NCBI GenBank assembly: GCA_015680685.1
Contig: MNCI01002736.1
Coordinates: 86,598-150,597, forward strand
Source: Gnetum montanum
Lineage: Eukaryota; Plantae; Gnetophyta
Length of the DNA stretch: 64,000 nucleotides
Direction: 5' to 3'
The notes beneath the pieces were generated by a model that saw nothing but the letters and a program-made list of their open reading frames with translations, made no database searches and was not told the DNA's origin. Made by a program: the position numbers and the translations under genes. Below are positions 36,665 to 49,824 of this stretch, one piece after another (positions within the stretch are counted from its first letter, which is position 1; each line of letters opens with the position of its first letter).

Positions 36665-37537
36665 TGATGAGATGTGATTTGATGGGCCCTGACATCAGAT
36701 ATGTGACGTTGAAGTCTCAACGTTGTGTACCTGACGTCGGGGCTAATAAACGACATCAGATACCCAACGTCACCTCATATGGACCTCACCTATAAATACT
36801 GCACTTGGGCTTCTGGATGAGATAGTTTTTAGCTTATATCTTAGAAATAGTTAGTTCTAAGTTTCTTTTCTTTTAAGTCTGTTATTCCTAGTGCATGCCC
36901 ACAGTGTGATGTTTGTAATTGTATGGCACCTTTGTTCAAGTATGACGTACTTGGACACGTTACATGACTAGCAATAAAGATCGAGGTTACTTCCATCATC
37001 ACAGCATCCACTTAGATTAATATTATTTTTTTATTTATCTAATGTTTTTTTAGATAAACATTTCCATTTATTGTTATTTACTCTTCCTGTTGTTAAGCAA
37101 AATGTGTACACCTTAATCATGAGTGTTTAAGTGTAAATACTTGGTTGCCCAGAGGTGTATCATTTGGCACAACTAGTGACATACACTTGGTAATCCCAGA
37201 AGTAGCTCCATGAAGTCCAATACATGTATGAATGATTAAGAGTGGATACCATCGCCATAGGCTAACTTAGGTTTTATTTTTCATTATTCATTAGTTAATT
37301 AATTTATCTCTTTTCGTCACTAGGAGTAGCATAGAATTAGGAAACATCATAAGCCACACTTTGGACTAAACCATACATGAAAAAGCTACCACTAGTCCAA
37401 GTGGGAAGACAACGAACTATGATCAAAGCATAATGATCTATATCCCACAACTAGTCCCATCCACAGAATTCAATTGGATTGTACGTGAATGTTTGTGATT
37501 CATATGGTTGAGTGTAGGGGTACCTCACTACTCATCA
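36665..37537 (+). repeat. 3' LTR of element B (873 bp)
   Basis: TGATGAG...CTCATCA; CCTATAAATA at ~36789; followed by TSD TATGT. Confidence 0.93.
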
Positions 37538-38599
37538 TATGTCAAAACATTTAGGAAAATTGAGAATATAGAAGGTATGTGGTAGATGATGATTTTGTAG
37601 GACATGAATAAGAACTTCATAAAAAGATCTGAGAACTCAAGGAAACAAGATCTACGTCAAGATATCTAAATGGAGACTACATGGACAAGATGAGAGCATG
37701 GATGACAACGAAGTCTACAAGTCAAATGAAGATGCTCCAAGGACTACCAAGAAGAAAAATTGACAAGAGAAAGCCTTAGAACTCAAAGTTTAAAGTTGAG
37801 TAGGCATCTTGAAAAAATAGTAGCATCTATTCCCAGCAGTAGACATCTCATTGTAGATGTCCCGCTTTAAAGGTAGACATCTCTCCTGCATTGAGGGTCA
37901 TCTTAATTAGACATATAAACTTTAAAGTAGATGTCTAAACTAGCTATTTGGTAGTCATTGCATGAATTCTATGGAATTTTTGCAAACTCCAAGGCTATTG
38001 TGCAAGTATTCATCACACCAAAGCACTTCAATGTCTATTCTAAGCAATTCTATTCTTGCTCTTCATTGTAATTGTACTGAGCTTCAAGTACAAGTATATG
38101 TAAATTTAGTTACATTTTTCTTTGTTCTTTTTCTTTCTTTCTTGTAGTCATGTAGGGTTTATGTGCTTCTTGTGAGAAGACATCCTTGTTGAGCTTGTTG
38201 AGATCCTATGGAATTAAGTGGTTTTGCAGCATCAACACTTTGGAGTAGAGTTTAATTTTGTAGAGGTTGTCGGATCCTCTAAACCAAATTTTGAGCTTGT
38301 TAGGACCTTGTGGGGTTGAGTGACTTCATAGTGATGAAAAAATTTGGAGTAGAGCTCAAAGCTTGTATAGGGAGTGGTGTCCTTCAAATCACATTTTTTG
38401 AAAAACAAAGTTTGGAGTTGTGCATGGACTCTACCCTCCGAGTGTGGATGTAGCCAAGTTGGGAAACCATGTAAAATTTGGTATGTTCTTGTGGCTAGTA
38501 CAATTTTAATTCAGGAACTTATTCAAGCCCCCCTTCTAAGTTCTTGATCCTTAAGTGGTATCAAAGTCCGGTAATCTCACATAGATAACTCAATGCAAA

Positions 38600-41500
38600 C
38601 ATGGAAGGGGCAGCTAATATCAAATCACTAGTAGCTATCAGATTCAATTAGGTAAATAGACTAATATGCTTCATCAAATTTCTCTTGAAGAGCTACATTC
38701 AATTCCTTTACTTCATTAGTAAAGGTAAACTTTTTATTCCCTCTTTTACATTTAGTTGGATATGTAATGGAAGAGGCCATATAGCCTCCAAAAGAGATGA
38801 TAACTGCAGGTCCGGTAACATCTATAACAATTTGGATAAGAAAAGAAGTCTAAAGGATCATAGATTCCATCATAAAGGAGATGAAAACTCCTTTGAAAAA
38901 AGGTATGAGTTTCTTTACAATGAAATTATTTCTTTTCAAAGTCTATGCTTTAAAATGAAAGAAATTTCACATAACAGAGAGATAAAGATTGCAACTCCTA
39001 ATGATGAATGTTCTTATCTTAAGAGAAAAAACTTGATCTAATGGCTAAGATTCAAAGACTAACTAATGTTCTTGGGCAAACTAATAAGAAATATTTAGAA
39101 GAAAAAGCTCAAAGACCAAGAGCAAAGGGATGTTCACATTAAAGCTTCTTCAAGCTACTCAAAAGAAAGTCATTCCAAGTTTGGTAATATAACAAGATTT
39201 ATGATCTTGAACTACTTTTATTATGGAAAATTTGGACATGTTCAGGCTTGTTGCTATCTTTGGATGAAACATTACACTTGGTCTTTTCAAAAACAACCTA
39301 GACAAGGTGCTTTTTAGGGAAAAAAATTTGGAAGCAAAAAGAGAGGAGACTTGAACAAAACATGATGGCTCAAGTTTCTCTCTCTACCATCAAAAAAAGC
39401 ACATGGTATATCGATAGCAGTTGTTCAAGACATATGATAGGATATAAATTCCAATTCATACACTTTTTAGAACAAAATTGTGGAATCGTCACCTTACATG
39501 GAAGCTCCTATAACAAGTATTGGTACCATAGGAGGAAAAGGTAAGGGTCAACCTATTGTAAATAAATTTTTCTTTCTTAAGGAACTAAAGCATAATCTTC
39601 TTAGTGTTAGTCAACTTTGTGATTCAAAATTTAATGTTACTTTTTAAAAAGAAACTTGTAGAATAAAAGATTTAACCTTTGAAAACATTGTTATAGAAGG
39701 AAATAGAAAGACAAATGTTTACACCACTGTATTTGGAGACAATCCTAACCTTGAATCCAAGTGCTTGATCAATAATACAGATGATGCTTGTATGTCGTAT
39801 AGAAAATTGGGCCACATAAACAAGGAAATTCTTCAAACTTTGGTGACAAAGGAAATGGTGCATGGATTGTCCAAACTTAAAGACTTCAATTTGAACACCT
39901 ATGAAGCATGCCAAAAAGGAAAGCAAACAAGGGTAAGCTTTGATAAGAAGAATTGCATCTCTACCTCTCTTCCCTTAGACTTACTTCACATGGATTTGGT
40001 TGGTACTTCTCAGACACTTAGTTTGGAAAAGAAAATGTATTTTCTAATCATTTTTTATGACTACTTTCGTTTTACATGGGTTTCCTTTTTACATCACAAG
40101 GATGAAGTATTTGATCACTTCTAAAGAATATGTAATCAAATTTAGAAAGAAAAAGGATACGGTGTCAAAGTCATTAAGAGCAACAATGGAGGAGAATTCA
40201 AGAATGCTAAATTTGAGCAAATATTATCAAAATAATGACATTATTCAATTCTCTACTACAAGGAGTCCTCAAAAAAATGGTGTAGCCAAAAGAAAGAATA
40301 AGATCTTGAATGAAATGGGGAGAACTATATTAAATGAAAAAAAATCTTCCTTACAAATTTTAGGCTAAAGCGATTAACACTACATGTTATGTCTCCAATA
40401 GAGTTTTGGTAAGAAGATTCACCACTAAAAATCCCTATGAATTATGGAAATTTATAAAACCTTTGGTTGGTTATTTTTATGTTTTTGGTTATAAATGCTA
40501 TATTCGTAATGATAAAGATGTCTTAAGAAAATTTAATCCTAAAATGAATGAAGGGATTTTCTTAGGATACTCTTCCATTAGTAGAACATATAGAGTCTTC
40601 AACAAAAGAATATACATTGTAGAAGAAAGTTTAAAAATTAAAATTAATGATAGTGGCATTACTTCTCCACAACTTAATGATGAAGTATTTCCCATTCAAA
40701 AATTATCTAGTACCTCCTAAGTTCAAATTGACAAAAATTCAGAAGTAGATAGTGAACATGAGGAAGAGCATGAGGATGAACATGATGAGATATCACCAAT
40801 TCTATCTAAAATTTCTAGACTTAGTAGAACACATTCTCTCAATGATGTAATTGGACAAGTACAAGATGGAATTATTACTAGGAGCCAAACTAAGGAAATT
40901 TGTGCCTATGCTGCATATCTTTCACAACTAGAACCCAAAAGTTTCAAAGAAGTTCAAATAGAAGAAGGGTGGATTTCCACTATGCAAGATGAACTAAATC
41001 AATTTACTAGAAATGATGTATGGGAATTGACACCTAAACCAAATCATAAACTAATTATTAGCACAAAATGGGTTTTAAGGAATAAAGTAGACAAAAATGG
41101 GAGTATCATTAAAAACAAAGCTAGACTGGTTGCAAAAGGATATAATCAACAAGAAAGAATTGATTTTGATGAAAGTTTTGCTCTTGTTACAAGACTTAAA
41201 TCTATTGGACTTATTTTGGCATATGCTAGCATTAAGAACATCAAGCTATAATAAATGGATGTGAAAAGTACCTTTCTTAAGAGGACCATTCAAGAATAGG
41301 TATATGGTGAAAACTCAAAGGATTTGTAGATCCCATTAATCCTGATCATGTTTTCTAGCTCAAGAAGGCTCTCTATGGGCTCAAACAAGCTCCTAGAGCT
41401 TGGTATAAAAGACTTTTTCAACACCTTACATCTAATGGTTTTGAAAGAGGTAGGGCTGATGTCACTTTATTTCTCAAGCAAGAAGGTAATGATTTAGTTA

Positions 41501-42451
41501 TTGTTCAAATTTATGTTGATGATATTATTTTTGGTGCTACTAATGATATGCAAGAAATTTTTAGATCTTATGCAATAAAAATTTGAAATGAATATGATGG
41601 GAGAGATCAACAATTTCTTGGATTTCAAATTAATTAGAAAAAAGATAAAACCTTTATTTGTCAAACTAATTATATCAAAGATCTATTAAAATTCAACTTG
41701 GTAGAAGTAAAGGTAAAAAAATACTCATATGGTAGTGAACTTCAAGCTCATCAAAGATGATCAAGAAAAACCTATTAATCTCAAGCTTTATAGAGGTATG
41801 ATAGGTAGCCTCCTTTATTTAATTGCTAGAAGACTAGATATAACATTAAGTGTAGGAATTTGAGCAAGATATGAGGATAATCTAAAAGAATCTCATGTAA
41901 AGGTTGTTAGACATATTTTTCACTATTTAAAAGGTACTACTAATTGGGGACTTTGGTATCCAAAGGATTCCCCACTTGATCTTGCTGGATATTATGATGT
42001 AGATTGGACAAGTTATTTAGATGATTGTTGAAGCACTAGTGGAAATTGCTTCTTCCTAGAAAAAAGTCTTGTCTCTTAGACAATAAAAAAGCAAACATCC
42101 TCAACATTCTTTATAGTTGAAGCTGGGTACATTTTAGCTGGAAGTTGTGCATAAATTTTGTGGATGAAAGAAATGCTTAAAGTTTTAGGATTCAAACTAC
42201 AATCTACACCAATTTATTGTGACAACAACAGCACCATCAATATGACAAAGAATCCTATCCAACATTCTTGTACAAAACACATCGAAATTCATCACCATTT
42301 TATATGTGAACATACTGAACTTGGACATGTAAAGCTAGAATTCATTGGAATAGAAAATCAACTTACCAATGCTTTCACCAAGCCTCTTGATGAACAACAA
42401 GTCACTAATCTATGTAAAGACATGGGGATAAGACCTTGTCCTATCAACTAA
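38600..42451 (+). pseudogene. Disrupted copia gag-pol (short gag/zinc knuckle, protease, integrase, RT, RNase H)
   Basis: YYGKFGHVQACC; STWYIDSSCSRHMIG; PLDLLHMDLVG; SPQKNGVAKRKNK; [16 protein letters not shown]...[11 protein letters not shown]; LYGLKQAPRAW; VQIYVDDIIFG; IYCDNNSTINMTKNPIQHSCTKHIEI. Domains are in PR-INT-RT-RH order with many stops and frameshifts. Confidence 0.95.
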
Positions 42452-42663
42452 GTTTTTTTCTTAATTTTCAATAAAACATAGCTACTTTTCAATCTAAAAA
42501 CATAAAAAAGTAATAATATTTTTCCTTACATATATTTAGGGGGAGTTTTGTAGCCCTTTTTGTTTATTTCCAAAAAGGGAAGATTACTATTATTTTTTAA
42601 TGAATTTATGGACCATACTAACCCATTTTCCTAATTTTTGGACACAACCAAAAAGGGGGAGAT

Positions 42664-43724
42664 TGTTGACATTTTGGTATGTCAAAACCTTGAGGAAAAT
42701 GGAGAATATAGATTGTATGTGGTAGATGATGATTTTACAAAACATGAACAAGAACTCCACAAAGAGATATGAGAACTCAAGGACACAATATCTACATCAA
42801 GATGTCAAAATGGAGACTACATGGGCAAGATGAGAACATGGATGAAAACAAAGTCTATAAGTTAAATAAAGATGCTCTAACCACTAGCAAGAAGAAAAAT
42901 TTATAAGAGAAAGCCTCAGAATTCAAAGTTCAAAAGTTGAGTAGATGTTTTGAAAAAATAGTAGACGTCTATTCCCAATAGTAGATGTCTCACTTTAGAC
43001 ATTTTAGTTTCTAGGTAGATGTCTCTTTTGCATTGAGGACAATCTCAATTAGATGTCTCAACTTCAAAGTAGACATCTACACTAGCTGTTTGGTAGCTAT
43101 TGCACAAATTTTGAGGATTTTTCAAAAACTCCGAGGCTATAAGATGATGTCAAAATCTTGAAAATTTTGCAAGTATTGATCACACCAAAGCACTTCATTA
43201 TCTAACTCTAATCAATTCTACTTTTTCTCTTCATTGTAATTGTACTAAGCTTCAAGTACAAGGAGCTATAAATTTAGTTACATTCTTTCCTTGTTCTTTT
43301 TCTTTCTTTATTGTAGCCCTACGAGGTTGATGTGCTTCTTGCGAAAAGACATTCTTATTGAGCTTTTCAAGTTCTTGTAGGATTGATTGATTTTGTAGTG
43401 TTAAAAAAAATCTAGTTTAGAGCTCAATTTTGTAAAGGTTGTCGGATCCTCTAAACCACATTTTGAGCTCGTTAGAACCTTGTGGGGTTGAGTGATTTCG
43501 TAGTGATGAAACACTCTAGAGTAGAGCTCAAAGCTGTACATGGAGTGGTGTCCTTCAAACCACATTTTTGAAGAAACAAAGTTTGGAGGTGTGCACAAAC
43601 TCTACCCTCCAAGTGTGGATGTACCCAAGTTGGGGAACCATGTAAAATTTGGTGTGTTCTTGTGGTTGGTACAATTTTAATTGGGGAACTTATTCAAGCC
43701 TCCTTTCTAAGTTCTTGATCCTCA
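42664..43724 (+). repeat. 3' LTR of the Sirevirus-type element (1061 bp)
   Basis: TGTTGAC...GATCCTCA; direct repeat of 28147-28165+37543-38553; GTAGACGTCT-type palindromic repeats at ~42940-43085. Confidence 0.92.
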
Positions 43725-45015
43725 GTTTTGTGTGAAATCAACTCATCAAGAGTTACCTCTTCTTCCTGATCATAAGTATGGATCTCCTTTTTGTGAAAAG
43801 TTGGATCCTAGTTCTATTCCTCTATACTCTTCCTTTTACACAACTCTCCTTCTTCTTTTTCTGCCTATTCAATTAGCCTTTATATTTGATGGGCTCTCAA
43901 CTTTGGTAAATTTTCTTAGGCATAAATTCCAAGGGTCTTTCTCATTTTGTTATGAAACCCATCTATGATTTGATGAAGCTACTCTTTTTGAGAAAATCCA
44001 TGGCTTTGGCATCTATGTAATGAAGAATATTATCTACCTAAGGCTACATCAAGGAACTCATGGTTTTCTTACTTCCCCTCTTAGCTTTGTTTTCTTAGAT
44101 TAGACAATCTTGAATAGGTTTGGTATTTTTCATTAAAGAACTCAAGCATTATGGACCACCAATGGATTGAATCTAGTTCCAATGAACTATAGCAATTTTC
44201 AACTTCTTTTATTAGCATCCTAGGAAAGAGATTAAGCTTTTGTCATTTATTTTAAATATTTTGCAAGGCACAGGCATCATGAAAGGCTTTTAAATGATGT
44301 TATTTAGAATTGTAGCCTTCCTAAAATTTATTAATATTATTCATATCAAGCCATTTGATGCAACTTTCCCTTTGATGCCTATGGGGTATTCTAACTACCT
44401 CCTTGATTTGTATCATAGTTCTAGTAGCCAACAAGGAATCACCATCAATTTGTTTGACATTGATGGTCTTGTCTTTGCTCACTTTGGTAACTTGTATCTT
44501 GTTCTTAATCCCTATTTCTATCACTATCTTGACCCCTTAGTAAAGCTCTATCTTTGTACCTACATTCATCTTCATTAGAACTAGATGTTTAAAATGAAAA
44601 GGAAGATTGTGAACTGGGAGAATTGCCATGACTCCTATATCTCCTCCTATGGTTCCTTGATTCATCTCTTCTAGGTTCTGAGGAGGTCCTAGGCCTTGAG
44701 GCCCCTCCTTATTCTAGGACTTGTTCCATCCCCTCCAGGGTTATCCATGACAGTTGAATGTAGTCTTAGAATGTAGTAAGAAACTAAATGAGCATATGAG
44801 ATCCTTGCTTACAATGGTTCACTCCAATTTTCTTCAATATATAAACTATTATTTCTCGTACTAGTTTTCCTATCATATGATGGATTATTGGCCTTATGTG
44901 AAGGAGACATGTTTCTGGTTAATAATGTGTGTGACTTAAAATAAAATATTAATATTTCTTAAAAGATAAATCGTTAATGGTTTACAACGCACACCATACC
45001 TAATAATGGTGCCAA

Positions 45016-45969
45016 TGATGAGCAGTAGGTATTCCCTTTATCCAACCATATAAATCATAAGCATTCACATGTAATTCAATTGAATTTTGTGGATGGAACT
45101 AGTGTGGCATCTAGATTGTTAAGCATTAATCACAAGTCACTATCTTCTCACTTGGACTAGTGGTATCTTTACCATGTATGGTTTAGTCCAAAGTGAGGCA
45201 TATGATTATTGAGATTGTTCGGGACTTAAAATAACTGAATAATAAGATAGAAATTAATTATTTAATCTAATTAATAATAAAATTAAATCTAAAACTATCA
45301 TAAGGGTGACGAGTGTCCATTCCTAGCTTGCCATACACATCCTAAACTCACATACCCACTATTGGGATTACCAAATAAATACATGTTTATGCTCGAAACT
45401 AGTCATGCTCATTCCATTAATTGATTAACGTGCATGGAAATGTAAATATTAACTAAGTATATAGAAAGTAAATTGTATTGAAAGTAAATCTATTCTAAGT
45501 CAAAGTGCTACAATGAAAATGAATCAATCTCAATCTTATTACTATTCATGGAATGTGTTTAGGTATACTGCCACTCAAATAAGATGTCATATAATTGACT
45601 CAAATCCATGTTGTAGGCAGTCACTGACTATTTACTAAAATTATGGGAAAAAACTGCAAGAGTTTGACTACACTATTGATCAAATGATGTCAAATATGCT
45701 GCAGGTGCTTGCATATTTATAGTCAAATATAGACATTGTGTTGATAGGGATGCATTAACTTATTTAGTTATGTTGATGGGGATGCATCGACAAGGATGCA
45801 TCTATGTAGCTAAGTTGTAGTAGATGTAATACAACACCTATAATATAGCAGATGTGATGTAGCATCTGCGATATAACATCTACAATATCTTAGCCAATTG
45901 ATACACTTGACAAAATGATGCTTCATCATATCCCCACAACTTAGCTAACCAACATATTAGGTTTCATCA
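45016..45969 (-). repeat. 5' LTR of element C
   Basis: TGATGAG...TTTCATCA; adjacent PBS on the internal side; followed by TSD ATTAT. Confidence 0.9.
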
Positions 45970-47649
45970 ATTATCATTTACTATTACTCTTAAAGTTTAG
46001 TTTCCAAGTCATTTTCCCTCTCTATGGAATTCTTTTGAAAAAAACTTGAACATCATATTTATTTGTTTATTGAAGAAAGAAGGCATCAAATCCCTTCCAT
46101 TTTTTACGATCTCAATCATATTTTAATATTAATAGGTTATTATTTTATTAGTATTCATTGCTTATATAACTATCATCATCTCTTTATCCTTGTTGTTTTC
46201 TTATTTTGGATGGTACACTAAGTTTGTATTCATTTGGTAAAGTAAGTCTCTTTGTTTTTTATGCAATCTTGTCACATTAAGATATTAGTTTTTAAAACCA
46301 TGAGTTAAGCATATCTTCCTAGTGAGCATAGGTGTTATGTGTAAGTTTTTATGCAATAATTCCACAAAAACATTTTTTTATACTAGAACGAAGGCCCTTT
46401 TAGCTTTCTAGTGGGTCATCTTCATGCTACAACTAATAGGTTCTTTCCAATTTTTTCCTTCTCCTTCACTTATCTTTGATTCTCCCTTTGTCTCTTGGTG
46501 TTAGGGCTAGTTTCAACCTAGAAGTATAATTAGCATCAATGATCCAACCCTTTTACCACTTAATGTTAATTTATCATGATGAATGACATCACCATCATCA
46601 TTACCTACATTTAACAAAACTATTACTTTAACTCAGGAATTACAATTCTTGTTGTGCCTTGCTTCTATCTTGACTAAATTCATTTTTAAATACTAGAGAC
46701 AAGTTTCCAAGATAGCCCATAGATCGTCATGATAAGATAGGAATCTAACTCCTCTTAAAGCTTGAAGACCTGGAGGCTAAAGAAGCTAAGAAAAATCCAA
46801 GCACATATTAAGCCTATGACATAAAAGGACTACAACATTGCTTGTATCAAGTATGAACTAAATGTACCTCTCTCAAAGCTAGAATTAAGGTGCATGGGAA
46901 AATTTAAAACTAAAATTGTGCTTGAGGCATTCTTTCCCAATATAAATAATCCTATAGAGCTTGCAAAGATTGAGTGTAAAATTTTAGCCAAGTATGTTGA
47001 TGCTTTGGAAGAGGTTCAAGTTATGACTCATTCTTGTCATAATGAAATAGTGACATTAGACTTTTCAATGAACCACCCCACAACAATGCAACTAGAGGAG
47101 TTGGACCAGTCAATGATCAACGTGGTGTGGATGGAGTTAGTATTCACAATGATGATTAAGGAGAGTAGCATGTACCTTTGGTAACAAGGGCTATGTCGTA
47201 GCATAACATGCATGCTCTAAGTCCTATTATCCAATGAATGCATTACTCCACCAAGCTAGTGTGCCACCTTTTTCAATGCTCCAATATGTGTCTTTTATGT
47301 CATCTATATCCCAAGTTATGTCTCCTTTGATTACCCTACCCCCACTATATATCCTTCTTCCTAAGACTTAGACTATTAGCCAACTTATCTTTGGACCAAA
47401 TGTCCATGTTCTCTTAATTTGCTCATAACATTTTTCATCCTTGCTAGCCTCAAGTTTTACTTCATTTCTTTATCTTACCTCATCCCATAGTTTTGTAATC
47501 TTGCATCTATTTATTTTTGCTTGGTCTTTATCCCACAACCAATTTCAACCCCTCCACAACCTTTCCCCACAACTTCTACTTTTCCCATGGTAATATAGTC
47601 ATCTAGTTTCAGGCTAGCTAAATGTCCTAGAAGTACATATATAGTCATC

Positions 47650-49200
47650 TAGTTTTGATTCAACACTTCCTCAAATAATTTAACTTCTAACACCCCTAAA
47701 GAAAAATATCTAGACAACAAACTTTGGGAATGGATGATCTAGAGAATCAAAAGAAAAATTAAGATTTAAACTTCTAAATAATTAACTTTAGTAGGAAAAT
47801 TTTTTGTTTGTAGAGAGATTTTGGCTTCATCTTCTAATTTTTATTCTTCCTGCCTAGCTTATGGAATGATAGAGAAACTTCTCAGAGATTTTCTATGATC
47901 TTCTCGAAGTGAGCATTCTTTATTCACGTGGGTTGCTTAGAGATTTTGTACATGACCTAGGCATCTTGGACAATTAGGTCATGTGAATATCATGTTTCAA
48001 GGAAGAAAAATTGTAGCAAAAGTAGATTATTTGAACATATGAGTTTAAGAGTCATGGAATTTGGTCAAAAATGTTATTTCTACTAGCCATTTTAAGGGTT
48101 GGAAGAATTGGAATGCACTTTGATGTTTTGAAGTCTTACTAAATTCTCTAAAATTTTAGATAAGGGCTTCTTCATTCCTATTTGTAATATGGAGACCTTG
48201 GGTCCAACTTCAAGAGTATCTAATGCTAATAGAAGATAAATGGTACAATAAAGCTTCACTTTGGTGGTCCAAAATTGGTGGCTCCTTGTTAGATTTAAAT
48301 TCTTGAACTACTCTTACCTTCTATAGGTTTGACCTTAACCAATTAAAAGTTGCGTAACCTCCTATCAACACTCCTCCCTCTTGGCCAAAGACTTGAGATA
48401 TCTTTTTCTTACTAGGTTAGCTTAAATCAAGTCATAATCAAACCCTTGAATTCCTTGCAAAAAATTGCTCTAGTTCTTTAGATAGTGACATTCTCTATAA
48501 TTAGTCGTTAGGAAAGCATGAGTTCAAAAATTATATCACATAGTCTACCACACCATGCTACAAGAAATTGCTATTATCCACACTCTTAATCTTAAATGGA
48601 ATAGAAATCTTTTAGAGTCTTCATAGTCCAAAATTTGTTCTAGAATTTGGATTTCATTAGATTTCAAGGTCCTCTTTAGGAAAGAGATTAGTAGCTATTA
48701 GTGCTCCTTAGCTAATACGCCCACACTACGCTTGGATGAGATATTCCTTCATGTTTTTAAGGAGTGTCCAACTAATGTTAATAGATGGGTTTGGTTAAAA
48801 ATATATTTTGATATAGCTTTAATATTCAAAGAGATTGTATTCATAGGAATTAATTATGATGGCTCAAAAGAATTCAACTCTCATGGAATGCAACCACATC
48901 CATATTATTCTTTGACCTATGGAAACTAAGAAATATTGATGCTTTCCAATAACAATTTGTCGAAATGTTTGATTTGAGGTTGAGGTTTAATTTGGTTTCT
49001 TCTCTTCAACTTCAATTACAATATTATGAAGGAGAGGATCATGATTGGTTTAAGATTGCTTGTAATCTCTGGTCTTCTTTAATCCATGGATAGAATATTT
49101 TTCCTTGTAGAACTTGATGATCTTTTTCTATTAATAGAAGTCCTCTTTCAGAAAAAAATTAGCATGATGTAATACATGTTGACTACAATACCTCCTATAT
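47650..49200 (+). mobile_element. Possible highly degraded L1 LINE 3' remnant
   Basis: EIFLHVFKECP...W (48738-48790) resembles the C-terminal CCHC (zf-RVT) motif of plant L1 ORF2; the rest is not readable and boundaries are guesses. Confidence 0.3.
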
Positions 49201-49824
49201 AACACATGGGGCCTTGGTAACTTACTTTTTTTAACTTAGAAATAATTTTAATAAAAATGGAAATGATTAATTTCCTTTATAGGTATTTTCTTTTTGCTTC
49301 CATACATTTTGAACTAAGTAAACACCCTCTTAAAACAATTTGCTAAGGGTGTTCATGTGTGACTAATTTTTATACATCAACACCTTTTTCCTAACATTAG
49401 AAGGAGAGTCATTTCTTGATTAAATTCCTTTACTTAGCAGTCATTACCTTAGTATTAAGTTTGGTAAAGTGGTTTGTTTTAATTTCATTATCATGTTAAT
49501 TTACTTTCTATTTGCTTTACCTAAAGTTTAAATTGCTTTATTATATACTTGGTTTCCTTTTATTTTATAGAAAACCTAATTTAAAGTTTCACCAATATTT
49601 CACATTTTATGTTTTGCTTATTTTTTGAGTGAGGGAAGTCCCTATAGCTTTCTTCTAAAGAGAACTAGAACCAAAATGGCAACCAACCTACCCTACACTT
49701 TTCGATTAATAATCCCTTTAAGTTTGCAAATTATTACATTATTGCTAAACTTTTACAAAGTATATATCTTTTCTTTGAGGCCACGTCAAGATGCACATCA
49801 ACATCTTGAATGTTTTCAAACTCC

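Larger units (their letters stand above)
28166..37537 (+). mobile_element. Element B: non-autonomous Athila-like LTR retrotransposon (gag + ORF2, no pol), 9.4 kb, innermost layer
   Basis: LTRs 28166-29052 and 36665-37537; perfect TSD TATGT (28161-28165, 37538-37542); decayed tRNA-Asp-type PBS TTGTGCTATTGCTAGGGA at 29053-29070; internal PPT AGTTGTGGGGG ~31632 and terminal PPT AGTCATGGGGATA ~36652-36664. Confidence 0.93.
28147..43724 (+). mobile_element. Ty1/copia Sirevirus (SIRE/Maximus)-type element, ~6.2 kb without its insert, inserted in gag of element C
   Basis: 5' LTR = 28147-28165 + 37543-38553 (split by B); 3' LTR = 42664-43724; TSD ATTTT/GTTTT; PBS TGGTATCAAAG at 38556; C-rich LTR-end motif ATTCAAGCCCCCCTTCTAAG; multiple PPTs (AGGGGGAG ~42538, AAAAAGGGAAG ~42572, AAAAAGGGGGAGAT ~42650-42663), which are Sirevirus hallmarks. 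Confidence 0.9.
23351..45969 (-). mobile_element. Element C: non-autonomous Athila-like LTR retrotransposon (outermost layer of the nest; ~7.0 kb once inserts are removed)
   Basis: LTRs 23351-24344 and 45016-45969; TSD ATTAT at 23346-23350 and 45970-45974; PBS rc TTGGCACCATTATTAGG (decayed tRNA-Asp type TGGCGCCGTTGCCGGGGA) at ~44999-45015; PPT rc GTTAGTCGTAGGAATA at 24345-24360; gag start ATG at 44910 (MSPSH..., cf. MSLSH in B); zinc-knuckle-like TCSCGDFHH at ~27660-27685; no pol recognised. Confidence 0.88.
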
